DNA from: a virus
Lineage: Duplodnaviria > Caudoviricetes
DNA length: 64,000 bases
Reading direction: 5' to 3' (one strand)
Virus record (IMG/VR): IMGVR_UViG_3300021255_003284
Span: 1-64,000 of that record
In this document: in pieces, positions 46,247 to 56,355 of the stretch
How the letters are laid out: each line of letters starts with the position of its first letter
How positions within the stretch are numbered: position 1 is the stretch's first letter
Notes under the pieces: generated by a model
What the model was told of the DNA's origin: nothing
The model's input: only the letters and a program-made list of their open reading frames with translations
The model's database searches: none
Translations under genes and position numbers: made by a program

Positions 46247-47572
46247 ATGTCGGAGAAAAGACGCGACAAAAGGGGGAGAATCTTACAGACAGGAGAACGT
46301 CAGCGCAGCGACGGTATGTATGAATATCGCTATATCGATGCGTCAGGCGTCAAGCGCAGCGTATACAGCTGGCTGCTTGTACCAAGCGACAAAGCGCCAA
46401 GCGGCAAGCGTGCCACCGAGGCGCTGCGCGATATGGAGCGGCGCATCGCGCGCGACCTCGCGGATGGGATCAATGAAAGCGCGCTCGGAAAGCAGACGCT
46501 CAACGAAGCGATCGAATCGTATTACGGCCGCCGCAGCGACATCAGGCCTGCAACGCGCCGCACATACAGCGTGCTGTATCGCCTTTATGTGCGCGACACG
46601 ATCGGCAGTAAGCCTGTGACGAAGATCTGTTTCACTGACGTACTCGGTCTGTACACGGAAATGTTGCTCAAGCGCGGCCTGAGTAGGAGCACGGTACAAT
46701 CACTCGACGCGATGATGAAGCCTGTATTCAACATGTATGTCCGCGCCGGTGCGATCCGTTCAAACCCTCTGAACGGGGTCATGCGCGACGTGGGCCGCAC
46801 GAAGGATAAGGTCGTACGCCATCGTAATGCGCTGACCAAAGACCAGCAGGACACACTTCTGAACTACTGCGTACACAGCAAGGTATTCGCATCAAGCCTT
46901 CCGATGATCATATTCTTGCTCGGTACCGGATGCAGATATGGCGAAGCTACCGCACTGACATGGGACGACTGTGACTTTGACACCGGATCCATCAGGATCC
47001 ACCGCACGCTGTCGTATCTTCCAGATGAAAACGGTCGTTGCAAGTGGATGCTCGGACCGACAAAGACTGCTCACAGTACGCGAGTTATCCCAATGATCGA
47101 AGATGTCAAGCGGGTGCTCCTCGATATAAAGGCGTCGCAAGAACTTAGCGGAAAGCGTGGTGCCGAGGTCGACGGTGTGATGAACTTCGTATTTCTGAAC
47201 AGCAATGGCAATAACCCATTGCAAAGCTGTTTTGATATGACATTGAAGAGCATCTGCGATTCATACAACCGAATCGAAACGACACTCGCCGCCGAACAGC
47301 ATCGCCAGCCGAATCTGCTTCCACGCATATCGGCACACATCTTCCGACATACGTTCTGCGTCAGACTGTGCGAGAACGGCGTTGACATCAAGATTGTTCA
47401 GGAGCTGATGGGGCATGCCAGTATCGGCGTCACGATGGATATCTACAATGAAGCCACGCTTGAACGCAAGCAATCCAGCCTCGTCTCGGTCGGCGACAAG
47501 CTCAACCTCAACATCGGCCTTGCATCGCAACATACCCACTTTTCTACCACTTCAGACCGCGAAGTTACGTGA
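46247..47572 (+). CDS. int: tyrosine integrase (Tn916-like N-terminal arm-binding domain)
   Basis: RRDKRGRIL..GE.QR.DG.YEYRY; catalytic GCRYGE, TKT, HIFRH, MGH, IY. Confidence 0.93.
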   Translation: MSEKRRDKRGRILQTGERQRSDGMYEYRYIDASGVKRSVYSWLLVPSDKAPSGKRATEALRDMERRIARDLADGINESALGKQTLNEAIESYYGRRSDIRPATRRTYSVLYRLYVRDTIGSKPVTKICFTDVLGLYTEMLLKRGLSRSTVQSLDAMMKPVFNMYVRAGAIRSNPLNGVMRDVGRTKDKVVRHRNALTKDQQDTLLNYCVHSKVFASSLPMIIFLLGTGCRYGEATALTWDDCDFDTGSIRIHRTLSYLPDENGRCKWMLGPTKTAHSTRVIPMIEDVKRVLLDIKASQELSGKRGAEVDGVMNFVFLNSNGNNPLQSCFDMTLKSICDSYNRIETTLAAEQHRQPNLLPRISAHIFRHTFCVRLCENGVDIKIVQELMGHASIGVTMDIYNEATLERKQSSLVSVGDKLNLNIGLASQHTHFSTTSDREVT

Positions 47573-47761
47573 ACTTATGAGAACTTATGAGAGGTTCCCC
47601 GCCGACACAACGTCCGCAATACAGCCAAAGTGCCCGTATCACGGACATTTTCTACTCGATACTGGGTTAAATATGTTTTAATACCCACCCTCGCCAAACC
47701 TCCCACACCACGGACGATTCGCGCTACCAGCATCTGTTTCTACCACTTTTTTACCACTTTT
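47535..47761. other. probable attP region
   Basis: TACCACTT arm-type repeats at about 47545, 47741 and 47752 around an AT-rich centre; GAACTTATGA x2 at 47571-47590. Confidence 0.55.
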
Positions 47762-47866
47762 GCTTATAAGGCCGCCGCGATATGCACCACTCGGCAGTCA
47801 TTTCATATAGATGCCGGACAAAGATCCGGCTTACATCCATTCCTCAAACCAGATTGCAATGAACGG

Positions 47867-47906
47867 AAAAAACAAGCCGGCATCACGCCAGCTTGCTATA
47901 TTTTTA
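47867..47906. terminator. bidirectional terminator between the convergent arms
   Basis: A-run, CAAGCCGGC-ATCAC-GCCAGCTTG, then T-rich. Confidence 0.6.
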
Positions 47907-47928
47907 TTTGATACTATCGAAACATATT

Positions 47929-48948
47929 CTATACCGCCTCGATGTCCCCGACCTTTACAGCGGCCATCAGTTTGAACTTCCCATCTTCGCTCTCGCCAAG
48001 CGTTACCTTATCATCGTCAACAGAATATATCCGCCACGTCTTTCCAAGGACCCACGGCTGGATGCTGACGCCCGAGTAATATGCCGTACCTGTAATACGC
48101 ACGACCCGACCGGCAGAAATCACACCATCGTCAGAGGCGCTGCGTTCATCGTCGATCATGCCGAGCTCTCGCATCATGGCCATGTGCGTCTTTGCCCCAT
48201 ATTCGCCATCCGGGACTAATCCAGAGCGGGTCTGAAACGCTGCGACAAGCCTCATGATCTTTGGTGTGCATTCCACGCTATCACGTTTGGGACTCAGGCC
48301 AACCTTTGACAGGGCGAGGCATAGTTGCAGCACATCGTCCCCGGTCGTGCCCTCCGTCAGTGTGCGTGTGCCGAGCGTCGTGAACGGACTGCATTCGAGA
48401 CAGGCCGGCGCGTCTGTCGTTTCACCGTAGTCGACCCACGGCAAATCCATCCATTCCCGCCACGCCCCGTCTATAACGCGCGACTTTGCGCATCCGCCTT
48501 TATCTCTACTCCAGTAGACGATATGTCCGCCACCAACATATACGCCGATGAGCTTGTCATTAAGCAGCGCCACTCCCGGCCTCTCTGGCAGGGTGTCGAT
48601 CGGCATAGGGCACACACCGTATCTTTCCGCGCACAGTATCCTAAAAGCCGCGAGTGAAACATCCATCAAGCCATGCAATCCTGGAACCGCGTCGTGCGCC
48701 CCAAGGTCGGTCCACACAGCGCCCTTGATCGCGCCAATCGAATCGGAGCAGATTTGCCCCTCAATGATGTCCTTCTGCGCGTATTTACAAAACTTATCCG
48801 CATAAAAAGCACAATACGCGGCCTTAAGCTTATCCAGTAGTTGGGCAGTGCATCGGAAACATGAGGTGGCGTACCAGAACGGACGATGGAGCGCGGCCTG
48901 TTTGTTTAGCCACTCTGTGTATGCCGGGGCTGTAAAAATCTTTTTCAC
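47929..48948 (-). CDS. endolysin paralog with peptidoglycan-binding domain and apparently inactive NlpC/P60-like domain
   Basis: CSDSIGAIK and KLIGVYVGGG versus CADCVGMIK and GHIGVYVGGG in 56667; PG-binding GDDV..FQ..GLVPDGEYG.KT. Confidence 0.7.
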   Translation of the reverse strand: MKKIFTAPAYTEWLNKQAALHRPFWYATSCFRCTAQLLDKLKAAYCAFYADKFCKYAQKDIIEGQICSDSIGAIKGAVWTDLGAHDAVPGLHGLMDVSLAAFRILCAERYGVCPMPIDTLPERPGVALLNDKLIGVYVGGGHIVYWSRDKGGCAKSRVIDGAWREWMDLPWVDYGETTDAPACLECSPFTTLGTRTLTEGTTGDDVLQLCLALSKVGLSPKRDSVECTPKIMRLVAAFQTRSGLVPDGEYGAKTHMAMMRELGMIDDERSASDDGVISAGRVVRITGTAYYSGVSIQPWVLGKTWRIYSVDDDKVTLGESEDGKFKLMAAVKVGDIEAV

Positions 48949-48984
48949 GAAAGTCTCCCGTTGACATACAGTCCGCAATATAGC

Positions 48985-49473
48985 TTAAGAGATTTCATCG
49001 GTCAATACGACCTGTTCCACATCTTCGCCTGTCCACTCGCCGGAGTGCGCACTGGTGAACCTGTACAGTATGCTGTCAAACATGACATAGTTGCCGGCCG
49101 AATACGACGCAGAAGAGTCGAACTCCCTCGCCAGCGCGCCGCGGATGTCGGCAAGGCTCCCTGCCGCAAAAGACATGAACATATTGAGCGTGTTCAGCTC
49201 ATTCCTGACGTATGCGAACGAATCGATTATATCGCGCGTAATGACAGCCGCTTCAACATCGTTCTCGTCCCAATCGCCGCTGTGATCGTTTTCAAAGCGA
49301 TACAGCACTCCCTCGTACCACACATGATCGTCCGTCTTGTATTCTGTGTCTTCGTCAAACTGTCCAGCGATGGCGTCAACGACGCCGGCTGGCACGTCGC
49401 CTCCTCCGCCGCCGACGACATAAGTGTTTTTCAACGCCGAAGACTTGACCTGTTTCAAATTGACCTTTGCCAT
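48985..49473 (-). CDS. hypothetical protein with two chitin-binding-like aromatic repeats
   Basis: FD...Y..(D/G)..V.(Y/F)...LYRF...HSG.W twice. Confidence 0.7.
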   Translation of the reverse strand: MAKVNLKQVKSSALKNTYVVGGGGGDVPAGVVDAIAGQFDEDTEYKTDDHVWYEGVLYRFENDHSGDWDENDVEAAVITRDIIDSFAYVRNELNTLNMFMSFAAGSLADIRGALAREFDSSASYSAGNYVMFDSILYRFTSAHSGEWTGEDVEQVVLTDEIS

Positions 49474-49617
49474 CTAACCACCATCCTTCTATACAATATA
49501 ATTATCTCATTGCTGAGTGAAATATCTGTTTTTATAAGCTGCAAAATGCCGGTCCCGGCAATAACACCGGGGCCGGCGCGTCTTAATGTAATAAAGCCCG
49601 GCGCAGCCGGACTGTCC

Positions 49618-49845
49618 TTATTCTTCCGTTACTTCTGCGGGCGTTTCCGTATATCCGACGTTCGCCGAGTCAACCAGCCCTTCGCCGATGATATACGCCA
49701 TGGCCGCCGCACCAGCCATGATGATCGCAGTTACCTGAACCGCCGTTTCCTGTGAACCGTTGAATGCCAGCACGAGGTTCGTCACCAGCGCGCAGATCGC
49801 GGCCCAAAATTTTCTGCTTGTTAGTTTTCTCTTCCAATCGATCAT
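49618..49845 (-). CDS. holin
   Basis: IDWKRKLTSRKFW plus two TM helices plus YIIGEGLVD. Confidence 0.8.
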   Translation of the reverse strand: MIDWKRKLTSRKFWAAICALVTNLVLAFNGSQETAVQVTAIIMAGAAAMAYIIGEGLVDSANVGYTETPAEVTEE

Positions 49846-49872
49846 GTTTGCGCCTCCCGACAATTCTTAGTA

Positions 49873-50196
49873 TCACCGGCGATCCCAATAAGGATCGATA
49901 TACTCCGCGGGATAATGGCCGGAATACCTGTCTTCGGGATAACCGCGGCTGATGAGTCGACCCATCATGGGACCGCGATACCGCGCGCCAGACATATTGC
50001 CGCCGCGTTCCTCACTGTCTTCAGCGCCGACCATCGCGTAATAAGTCTCGGCGCTCTTCAAGGCGTGAAACAGCGTCCTGACGCGTTCGGCGTCCTGCGA
50101 AGTCATTTCCTCTTCGTTAGCGTACTTCTTATTGAGCTTATCCAGCTCCTTGCACATGACGTGCTCAAGATTCTCAAAGCGCTTATGTTCTGCCAT
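49873..50196 (-). CDS. hypothetical protein
   Basis: AGGAGGAG SD; GARYRG..GR motif. Confidence 0.75.
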   Translation of the reverse strand: MAEHKRFENLEHVMCKELDKLNKKYANEEEMTSQDAERVRTLFHALKSAETYYAMVGAEDSEERGGNMSGARYRGPMMGRLISRGYPEDRYSGHYPAEYIDPYWDRR

Positions 50197-50213
50197 TCCG
50201 AACTCCTCCTCTC

Positions 50214-50669
50214 TTACGCAATTCTGGTCACAGTCAGATTCGCGTTCTGAACGTTAATCGCTGTGGCGGCAGTTGCCGGCGTCGCGCCGAACGAAGCATT
50301 CTCAACAGAAATGTTGAAGCAGCAACCGCGAGGGATAGTAATGATAGCCGTGCTCGTCACGTTGAAGTACTCATCAACGGCCGCCGGCGTGACGATTGCC
50401 CTGCTGGTCTGGATCTGTTCCCCGTCCAGGGCAAGAGAAACAGCGATCGGGCCGGTAGTCCCATCGGTCGGCACCGCAATGTTCGCATTGAAAGTCACCT
50501 GATACCGCGCGAAACTCCCGCACGCGTTGTTTACGATACCGCGAAGAGTAAGAATGCCTGACCCATCCCTGTGGTATACATAACCACGATTGCAGGGGAT
50601 GGAGTTCTGCAATAATACGTTCTGGTTCGGCTGAACGAGCTGAACCGGATTGTATACATACTCAGCCAT
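50214..50669 (-). CDS. beta-rich hypothetical protein (BclA-C/C1q-like?)
   Basis: HRDGSGILTLRG, YQVTFNANIA, NANLTVTRIA. Confidence 0.75.
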   Translation of the reverse strand: MAEYVYNPVQLVQPNQNVLLQNSIPCNRGYVYHRDGSGILTLRGIVNNACGSFARYQVTFNANIAVPTDGTTGPIAVSLALDGEQIQTSRAIVTPAAVDEYFNVTSTAIITIPRGCCFNISVENASFGATPATAATAINVQNANLTVTRIA

Positions 50670-50681
50670 TATCGCACCACC

Positions 50682-51440
50682 TTACTGACCGCAGCCACAG
50701 CCGCCATACGGCTGGCAGCAATTCGGATTCTGCACGATATACGCGGGACGCGGAGTCGGAAGCACGTACTGCTCGACCTCGTTGGCCAGAGCGCGCTGAC
50801 CGGCCTGGATCGCGGCGGTCTGGACGTCCTGAGAAGCCTGGCCGCGGGCATACATCAGCTCAGAACGCAGCTGCGCGATGATGTCATTCTTCTGCTCGAT
50901 CTTGTCGTTGCACAGCTGATCCTTGATGGACTGGAACCCGTTGTTCATAGCCGTCATGATGTTGTTCGCATTCTGGGCGTCGGCCGTACGAGTGGCACAG
51001 GCTTCGGTCGCAAGGGCGAACTTGGTGTCAGCGGTCGCGGCGCGGTTGTCGCAGCAGCACTGCGCCATCTGGCTCTGCAGTGCGAACATCTGCTGCATGT
51101 CCGCCATCTGACGGGCGTTGGCAGCGATCTCGGCCTGAGAGAAACCGTTGGAAACGCCAGCGAAGCCATTGCACATGGCGGTCTGCACATTACCGAAGCC
51201 GTTCGTCACAGCATTCTGCACACCGTTGATGCCATTCATGACCGCGTTCTGGTCGAAACCGCGCTGCACGTCGTTGTTGGTGTTCATGCCGCCGTTCATG
51301 CCGCCCCAACCGTTGTTGAAGCACAGCAGGAGCAGAATGATCCACCAACCGTCGTTGCCGAAGAAACCATTGCCACCGTAATTGCCGTTACCGTAGGCGG
51401 GAGCGACGGGCATGTACATCGGGGTCGTGTTCTCAGTCAT
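50682..51440 (-). CDS. Gly/Asn-rich protein with hydrophobic WWIILLLL segment, CCC motif and coiled coil
   Basis: 252-aa ORF with strong SD; ends GGCGCGQ. Confidence 0.8.
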   Translation of the reverse strand: MTENTTPMYMPVAPAYGNGNYGGNGFFGNDGWWIILLLLCFNNGWGGMNGGMNTNNDVQRGFDQNAVMNGINGVQNAVTNGFGNVQTAMCNGFAGVSNGFSQAEIAANARQMADMQQMFALQSQMAQCCCDNRAATADTKFALATEACATRTADAQNANNIMTAMNNGFQSIKDQLCNDKIEQKNDIIAQLRSELMYARGQASQDVQTAAIQAGQRALANEVEQYVLPTPRPAYIVQNPNCCQPYGGCGCGQ

Positions 51441-51532
51441 TCTCCATCATTCCTTTCTGTAGTTTGGTCGTTTTGTCAGCCTTTCCTTATATACAAAACC
51501 CGCCCCAGCGTGTGGAGCGGGAGTTTGTATCA

Positions 51533-51757
51533 TTATCGCCAGGCAAGCTGGCCGAGCAGCGGACCGATCTTTTGCAGCATCGGTTGACTTACCTGACCGG
51601 ACTGCAAGAGGTGCATGACGATCGTCCGTGAGTCATCAGCCATCCCGTCCGGGATGTTATATCCGGCTTGTCTGGCGATCGACAGGGGATCCATCTGGGT
51701 CGTGTTCTGTGTATTGTACATGTTCATGGTCAGGCTCTCATACAGAGGATTTGCCAT
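51533..51757 (-). CDS. small hypothetical protein
   Basis: MANPLY..LLQSGQVSQ; AAGGAGG SD. Confidence 0.7.
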   Translation of the reverse strand: MANPLYESLTMNMYNTQNTTQMDPLSIARQAGYNIPDGMADDSRTIVMHLLQSGQVSQPMLQKIGPLLGQLAWR

Positions 51758-52211
51758 TCCACTTTACCTCCTTGACACTATTGATTGCCGCCTTCAGTTC
51801 TTCCTTGAGGTGCTCAATGTCGTCCTTCGTAGCGTACTGGCTCATATCCTGAACCATCGCGGAAGGCGCTTCCGCGGCAGGCAGCATGGACACATTCTGG
51901 GTCGGCATGCTCTGCTCCATCGTATAGCAGACCTTCTGGATCGGATTGGGCATACCCATCTGGTTGATCGATTTCAAATAGATGACCGTATCGTTCGTAT
52001 CCCACAGCGGCATCGGTACGTTGGCGGGCCAGCCCTGCGGAAGCTGGTATGCCTTAGCACCAACTTCACCGTCGACCCATTCGATGCCGACCTTTTGCTG
52101 CTGAGGCTGCTGCATCGGCTGAGCATAAGAAGCGCCGTTGGACATGGGCGCATAGGCATAATTCATCGTGTTCGGATAGCCGTAGCCGATCATATTGTTG
52201 TAACCAGCCAT
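51738..52211 (-). CDS. Q/P-rich hypothetical protein
   Basis: WVDGEVGAKAY..LWD..IYLKS..GMP. Confidence 0.75.
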   Translation of the reverse strand: MAGYNNMIGYGYPNTMNYAYAPMSNGASYAQPMQQPQQQKVGIEWVDGEVGAKAYQLPQGWPANVPMPLWDTNDTVIYLKSINQMGMPNPIQKVCYTMEQSMPTQNVSMLPAAEAPSAMVQDMSQYATKDDIEHLKEELKAAINSVKEVKWNGKSSV

Positions 52212-52212
52212 A

Positions 52213-52587
52213 TCAAATCACCCTCCAAAAATAACTCGCGACCTGATCTCCTGAGTTGTAGGAGTCATAGTACCACCCATCTATCACGGCGACAGCATGT
52301 GACCCGGTGCCGATGATATAGGTTCCTTTCGGAAACAGCTTGCAAAAATCGCGTATCGTAATACATTTGGGACATCTGTCAGGCAGGATGAATGGCTCAA
52401 ATCCCAGCCTGTACAAATACAGACCCCAGACCGCATCCGCATTGGGCATATCGTATTCTTCACGTCCGGTCAGATATATGTCGTCATATACATCGAGCCA
52501 CGATCGCCCCGTGGCGACGCTGATGGCTCGCACGACGCAGTCGCCCACATTCTTCCCGGCCGGATTGACATTCAACTTTTTCCACAT
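52213..52587 (-). CDS. hypothetical protein with papain-like motifs
   Basis: NP..GDCVVRAIS, HAVAV, YYDSY. Confidence 0.7.
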   Translation of the reverse strand: MWKKLNVNPAGKNVGDCVVRAISVATGRSWLDVYDDIYLTGREEYDMPNADAVWGLYLYRLGFEPFILPDRCPKCITIRDFCKLFPKGTYIIGTGSHAVAVIDGWYYDSYNSGDQVASYFWRVI

Positions 52588-52827
52588 TTCTTCATAGCAT
52601 GAATAACCGGTCGGTTTCAGCTCTCGTAAAAGGCATTCCTGGTCTATTCATCAGGATTACTGACGGCGTTCGCCGCATATAAACCATCTGTCGCTCACTG
52701 CCATAATGGGGTTGACGATCTCGCACCGCGTCCAAATGGTGTTCAGCGATCTGCTGATCAGTGAATAGCATTTTAACCATTTAATCACTCTCCTCTTGCC
52801 GGCTTAAAGTGTTAAATAAGTCTGTAA

Positions 52828-55800
52828 TCAATTCTTGTGGCAAAAATATAAATCGTTATTCTTTGGATCATACATTGTTGGTTCTTTCCCACTGTTCACA
52901 TATTCGGCGACATTGATTCCTGCATACCTGCCAATTTCATTATACGCCGCCTGATAATAGTGATACTGATCTTTCATCAATCCACGGGATTTATATGATG
53001 TTAGAATCGTTGTTGCCATAACAGTATCGTCCCTGTCCTGTGCAATGTCAGTCTGGGCGTTGATGATGTCAGAATAATCATAATCCGTACCGTTAAATTC
53101 CCCAATCCGAATCAGGAAACACTTCTCAATCCCGGCATTTTTCATGGTCACCATAATATCATCAAAATACGTTTTATACTGGTCACCAGTTACCCCGAGC
53201 CTGGTATCACTTTCGCCCTGACACCACAGCATGAACTTATGTCGGATCGTGTATCCGTTGTTTGTCAGATACGTTACAGCATCAGACAACCGCTGGAGCG
53301 CGTCCGTCAGGTTTTCAGACCCTGTTATCCACGATTGGATGCCAGTGCCGCCTTCACTTGCGCTGATGCCAATAACAGGCACACCAGTGTGCATATAGTA
53401 TTCATTGACAAATGCAACGGCAAGCCCCCCGGTTTTGTTTCCGCCATCTGGTGCGCTGCCTCCGTCATCAATCCCGCCAGTTTTGTTTTCAAATTTGCCA
53501 AACGGCTCCGCCATTGGGTAAAGTCTTGTTTTGTCGGTTATAGCTCTAAATTCAAGGCCGGCACTCGGTATAATGTGTGGATATGATTCTGGCCATGTGC
53601 TGTTAGTCACTCCACGTCCAGCCATGTTTGACTGTCCTGCAAAAAGAAACAGATCAACAATTCTATTTCTGTCAATCACATAACAGCATTTATCTACATT
53701 GGCCGGGTCAACGTTGTTTGAATCGTTCGTTTTGTCCTTAAACTGCAATAGCACAACATAATTATTCATACCGTTGGTGTCAATAATCATTTTCCCGGTT
53801 GTGTTCCACCCCGTGTTTGGAACAAGCAACGTTTTCTTTGTCGCCTTGTCCACTATCATATATGTACCAGCATATACAGAATTATCAAAATACACTATAG
53901 CGCCATCATTCAACGTTATTTCACATAATGCCCGAATATTACTGTCAACAATCCCCGTGCTAGAAATAAACGTTTTCCCGGAAAACCGATACCCCTTGAC
54001 ATAATAATATTGGTTATCCGCATTAACAGGAGAAATATGTTTGACATCATACGCATTTTCTGTGAGCCGTTCATCAGTTTCCTGTTTCGTAAGGGTCGTC
54101 ATGATAATCGGCTTGGAGATTACATCTGTATATGATGCGCCGTTTGTGATCGAAAGGCGGACTATACATCCTGTCGCATTTGCAGATAACTTAACGGCCT
54201 TTGTGCCATACCCTGGAATGTTGGCGATTTCTGAGTAACTGCTCCCCACACGCTCATAAAGCCGGAAAATGATGTTGCTGTTAGCGCAATCATGCACCAA
54301 AAACAATTCATCGCCAGCACCGAATCCGCTCGGAAATGCGTTTGCATTATTATATATGTCGTAATGCGTTAAACCGCTCCCGGTAGATGAGCCGTTGATG
54401 GTGTAATTGCCCATTCCGTCCGCAACTATGGTAAAACTTCCCGGTCTGTACGTACCATTCGAAATAGGGGCATGATTCGCCGCGCCGTAAACATCAATGG
54501 CGCTCTTTAAGTCACCAACCTTCGCCGCATCTGCCGCCGCTCCCGCCACAGACAGCGTGTCGTCGACGACATATCCCGTAGCCGGATCGACGTGGTCATC
54601 GAGCCAATCGGACACAGCATCGCTGACGCCCGCCGTCAAATCAACGGGGTTGGGATTCTGCCGCCCGCCGTCGTTCGCCCACGATATAACGCCCGCACTC
54701 GATACAGCGGGAGTGAACGTCACGCCGTCATCGCCATCCGTGCCGCTCGCGCCATCGTTGATCGTGGCGACACCCGTGCCGTCGACACTGATCGTCGTGA
54801 TCGTGCCTGACTTGCTGGCTGTGATGACAGGCGTGTGACCGTCAGTGCCGTCCGCACCATCCTTCCCCGCTGGACCGCGCTGCCCTTCGGAGCCATCCAT
54901 CACATCGAAGCTATGTGCCCCTGTCGCGTCGGTGATCGTTACCCTGTGGCCGCCGGTAATATCCGTGATTGTAATGATAGGGGACACACCGTCCTGACCG
55001 GCCGGCCCAGCCGCTCCCTCCGGACCGGGCGGGCCGTCAACACCGTCGACGACGTCGGTCATCGTGATACCGTATAAGTCGGAAACCACGATGGTTGATG
55101 TGTTGCCTTCCTTTGTCACATATGCAATCGGGCTGAAGCCCTCCGGACCCGCCGGCCCAGTATCGCCTTTTTCGCCGCGCGCGCCCTGATCGCCGCGAAC
55201 ACCTCTCGGGCCGGTATCGCCCTTAACGCCCTGCAGCCCGCGTTCGCCGCGCGGCCCCTGTTCGCCCGTGTCGCCCTTCTCGCCGTGAGGGATACCGAAC
55301 GTAATAACGCCGGCGTTATAATCCGCCGTCGCAGCCGAACCCGGTTCAAGCGTGATCGCGTTGGCCGTAATACCGCGCAGTTCGTCGGCAAGCGCCTCTC
55401 GCGCTTCTTCTGCGGCCTGTCGCGCCGTCTCGTTTGTTTGCCTGGCGTTTTCATCTGACACGCGCCGCTCTTCCGCGCTGATGCGCTGCGCCTCTGCCGT
55501 TCGTCTCTCGGCTTCATCGCTGACGCGCAAAGCTTCACTGTCCCTCCGCTCGATTTCAGCTTCGACACGGCGTTCCTCAGCGGCCAGTCTGTCACCCTCG
55601 GAGGCGATGCGCATCGTCTCGCCGGATAGGCGCGCGTCTTCATTATCTTCGCGCTCGAGCTCTGCCGATACGCGCTCAGCTTCGCCGCTTATGCGTTCAG
55701 CCTCATTCTGTACGCGGATAACCTCTGCGCTGATTCGCGCTTCTTCGGCCGCGATCCGATCTTCTTCCCGCTGCAATCGATCCTCTTCCGCGCTCACGCG

Positions 55801-56220
55801 CACGCTCTCCGCACGGATAGCCTTTTCCATCTGCGCGTACATGATTTCAAAGGCGCTCTGCTGCTCGGGAGTAACCTCGTCATAATTTGGCTTCGGCCTC
55901 TCGTGCACGGGAATGACGGCTGTATAAGCTGTCTCGCCGTCGTCAAGATCGTCATGCAGATATACGAATGCGTAAACAGGCTTGCCGCTTTCAAACATGA
56001 TGTTCGGAACGACGACGCCGTCGCTCGTCCCTGTTTGCGATACGGCGTCCCCGCCCGTCGCGCTGTTCGAGAAATGCACCTCGTAGGCTTCTGGGAGCGA
56101 TATGCCGTCAAATCGAAGGACGATGCCGTAATCCCATTGCCAGAGGCTTCTGGCGACAGACGATGTCTTGCCCGCCCTGAATGACGCGGTCACGACATGT
56201 CTGAATTCCGCTTCCGCCAT
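52828..56220 (-). CDS. tail fibre/spike: baseplate-anchor N-terminus, coiled coil, collagen-like repeats, C-terminal SASA/CE6-type O-acetylesterase
   Basis: LWQWDYG N-terminus; E/R/A heptads; GxY repeats; FAGQSNMAG, WCQGESD, DQYH. Confidence 0.8.
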   Translation of the reverse strand: MAEAEFRHVVTASFRAGKTSSVARSLWQWDYGIVLRFDGISLPEAYEVHFSNSATGGDAVSQTGTSDGVVVPNIMFESGKPVYAFVYLHDDLDDGETAYTAVIPVHERPKPNYDEVTPEQQSAFEIMYAQMEKAIRAESVRVSAEEDRLQREEDRIAAEEARISAEVIRVQNEAERISGEAERVSAELEREDNEDARLSGETMRIASEGDRLAAEERRVEAEIERRDSEALRVSDEAERRTAEAQRISAEERRVSDENARQTNETARQAAEEAREALADELRGITANAITLEPGSAATADYNAGVITFGIPHGEKGDTGEQGPRGERGLQGVKGDTGPRGVRGDQGARGEKGDTGPAGPEGFSPIAYVTKEGNTSTIVVSDLYGITMTDVVDGVDGPPGPEGAAGPAGQDGVSPIITITDITGGHRVTITDATGAHSFDVMDGSEGQRGPAGKDGADGTDGHTPVITASKSGTITTISVDGTGVATINDGASGTDGDDGVTFTPAVSSAGVISWANDGGRQNPNPVDLTAGVSDAVSDWLDDHVDPATGYVVDDTLSVAGAAADAAKVGDLKSAIDVYGAANHAPISNGTYRPGSFTIVADGMGNYTINGSSTGSGLTHYDIYNNANAFPSGFGAGDELFLVHDCANSNIIFRLYERVGSSYSEIANIPGYGTKAVKLSANATGCIVRLSITNGASYTDVISKPIIMTTLTKQETDERLTENAYDVKHISPVNADNQYYYVKGYRFSGKTFISSTGIVDSNIRALCEITLNDGAIVYFDNSVYAGTYMIVDKATKKTLLVPNTGWNTTGKMIIDTNGMNNYVVLLQFKDKTNDSNNVDPANVDKCCYVIDRNRIVDLFLFAGQSNMAGRGVTNSTWPESYPHIIPSAGLEFRAITDKTRLYPMAEPFGKFENKTGGIDDGGSAPDGGNKTGGLAVAFVNEYYMHTGVPVIGISASEGGTGIQSWITGSENLTDALQRLSDAVTYLTNNGYTIRHKFMLWCQGESDTRLGVTGDQYKTYFDDIMVTMKNAGIEKCFLIRIGEFNGTDYDYSDIINAQTDIAQDRDDTVMATTILTSYKSRGLMKDQYHYYQAAYNEIGRYAGINVAEYVNSGKEPTMYDPKNNDLYFCHKN

Positions 56221-56355
56221 GGCTATCAGCTCCTTTCGTTTTATATATACTGATAAGGCCGGCGCTGACTGAGCGCCGGTTTGCTTGCTGTTTTATCAAG
56301 GGACACTGCGGGCGGTCGTTTGACCAGCCCGCAGCTGTCTGATTATTGTACCTGA

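Noticed and set aside
45978-47572. Tn916-like conjugative element
   Set aside because: No relaxase or conjugation genes; the flanks are phage replication and lysis genes
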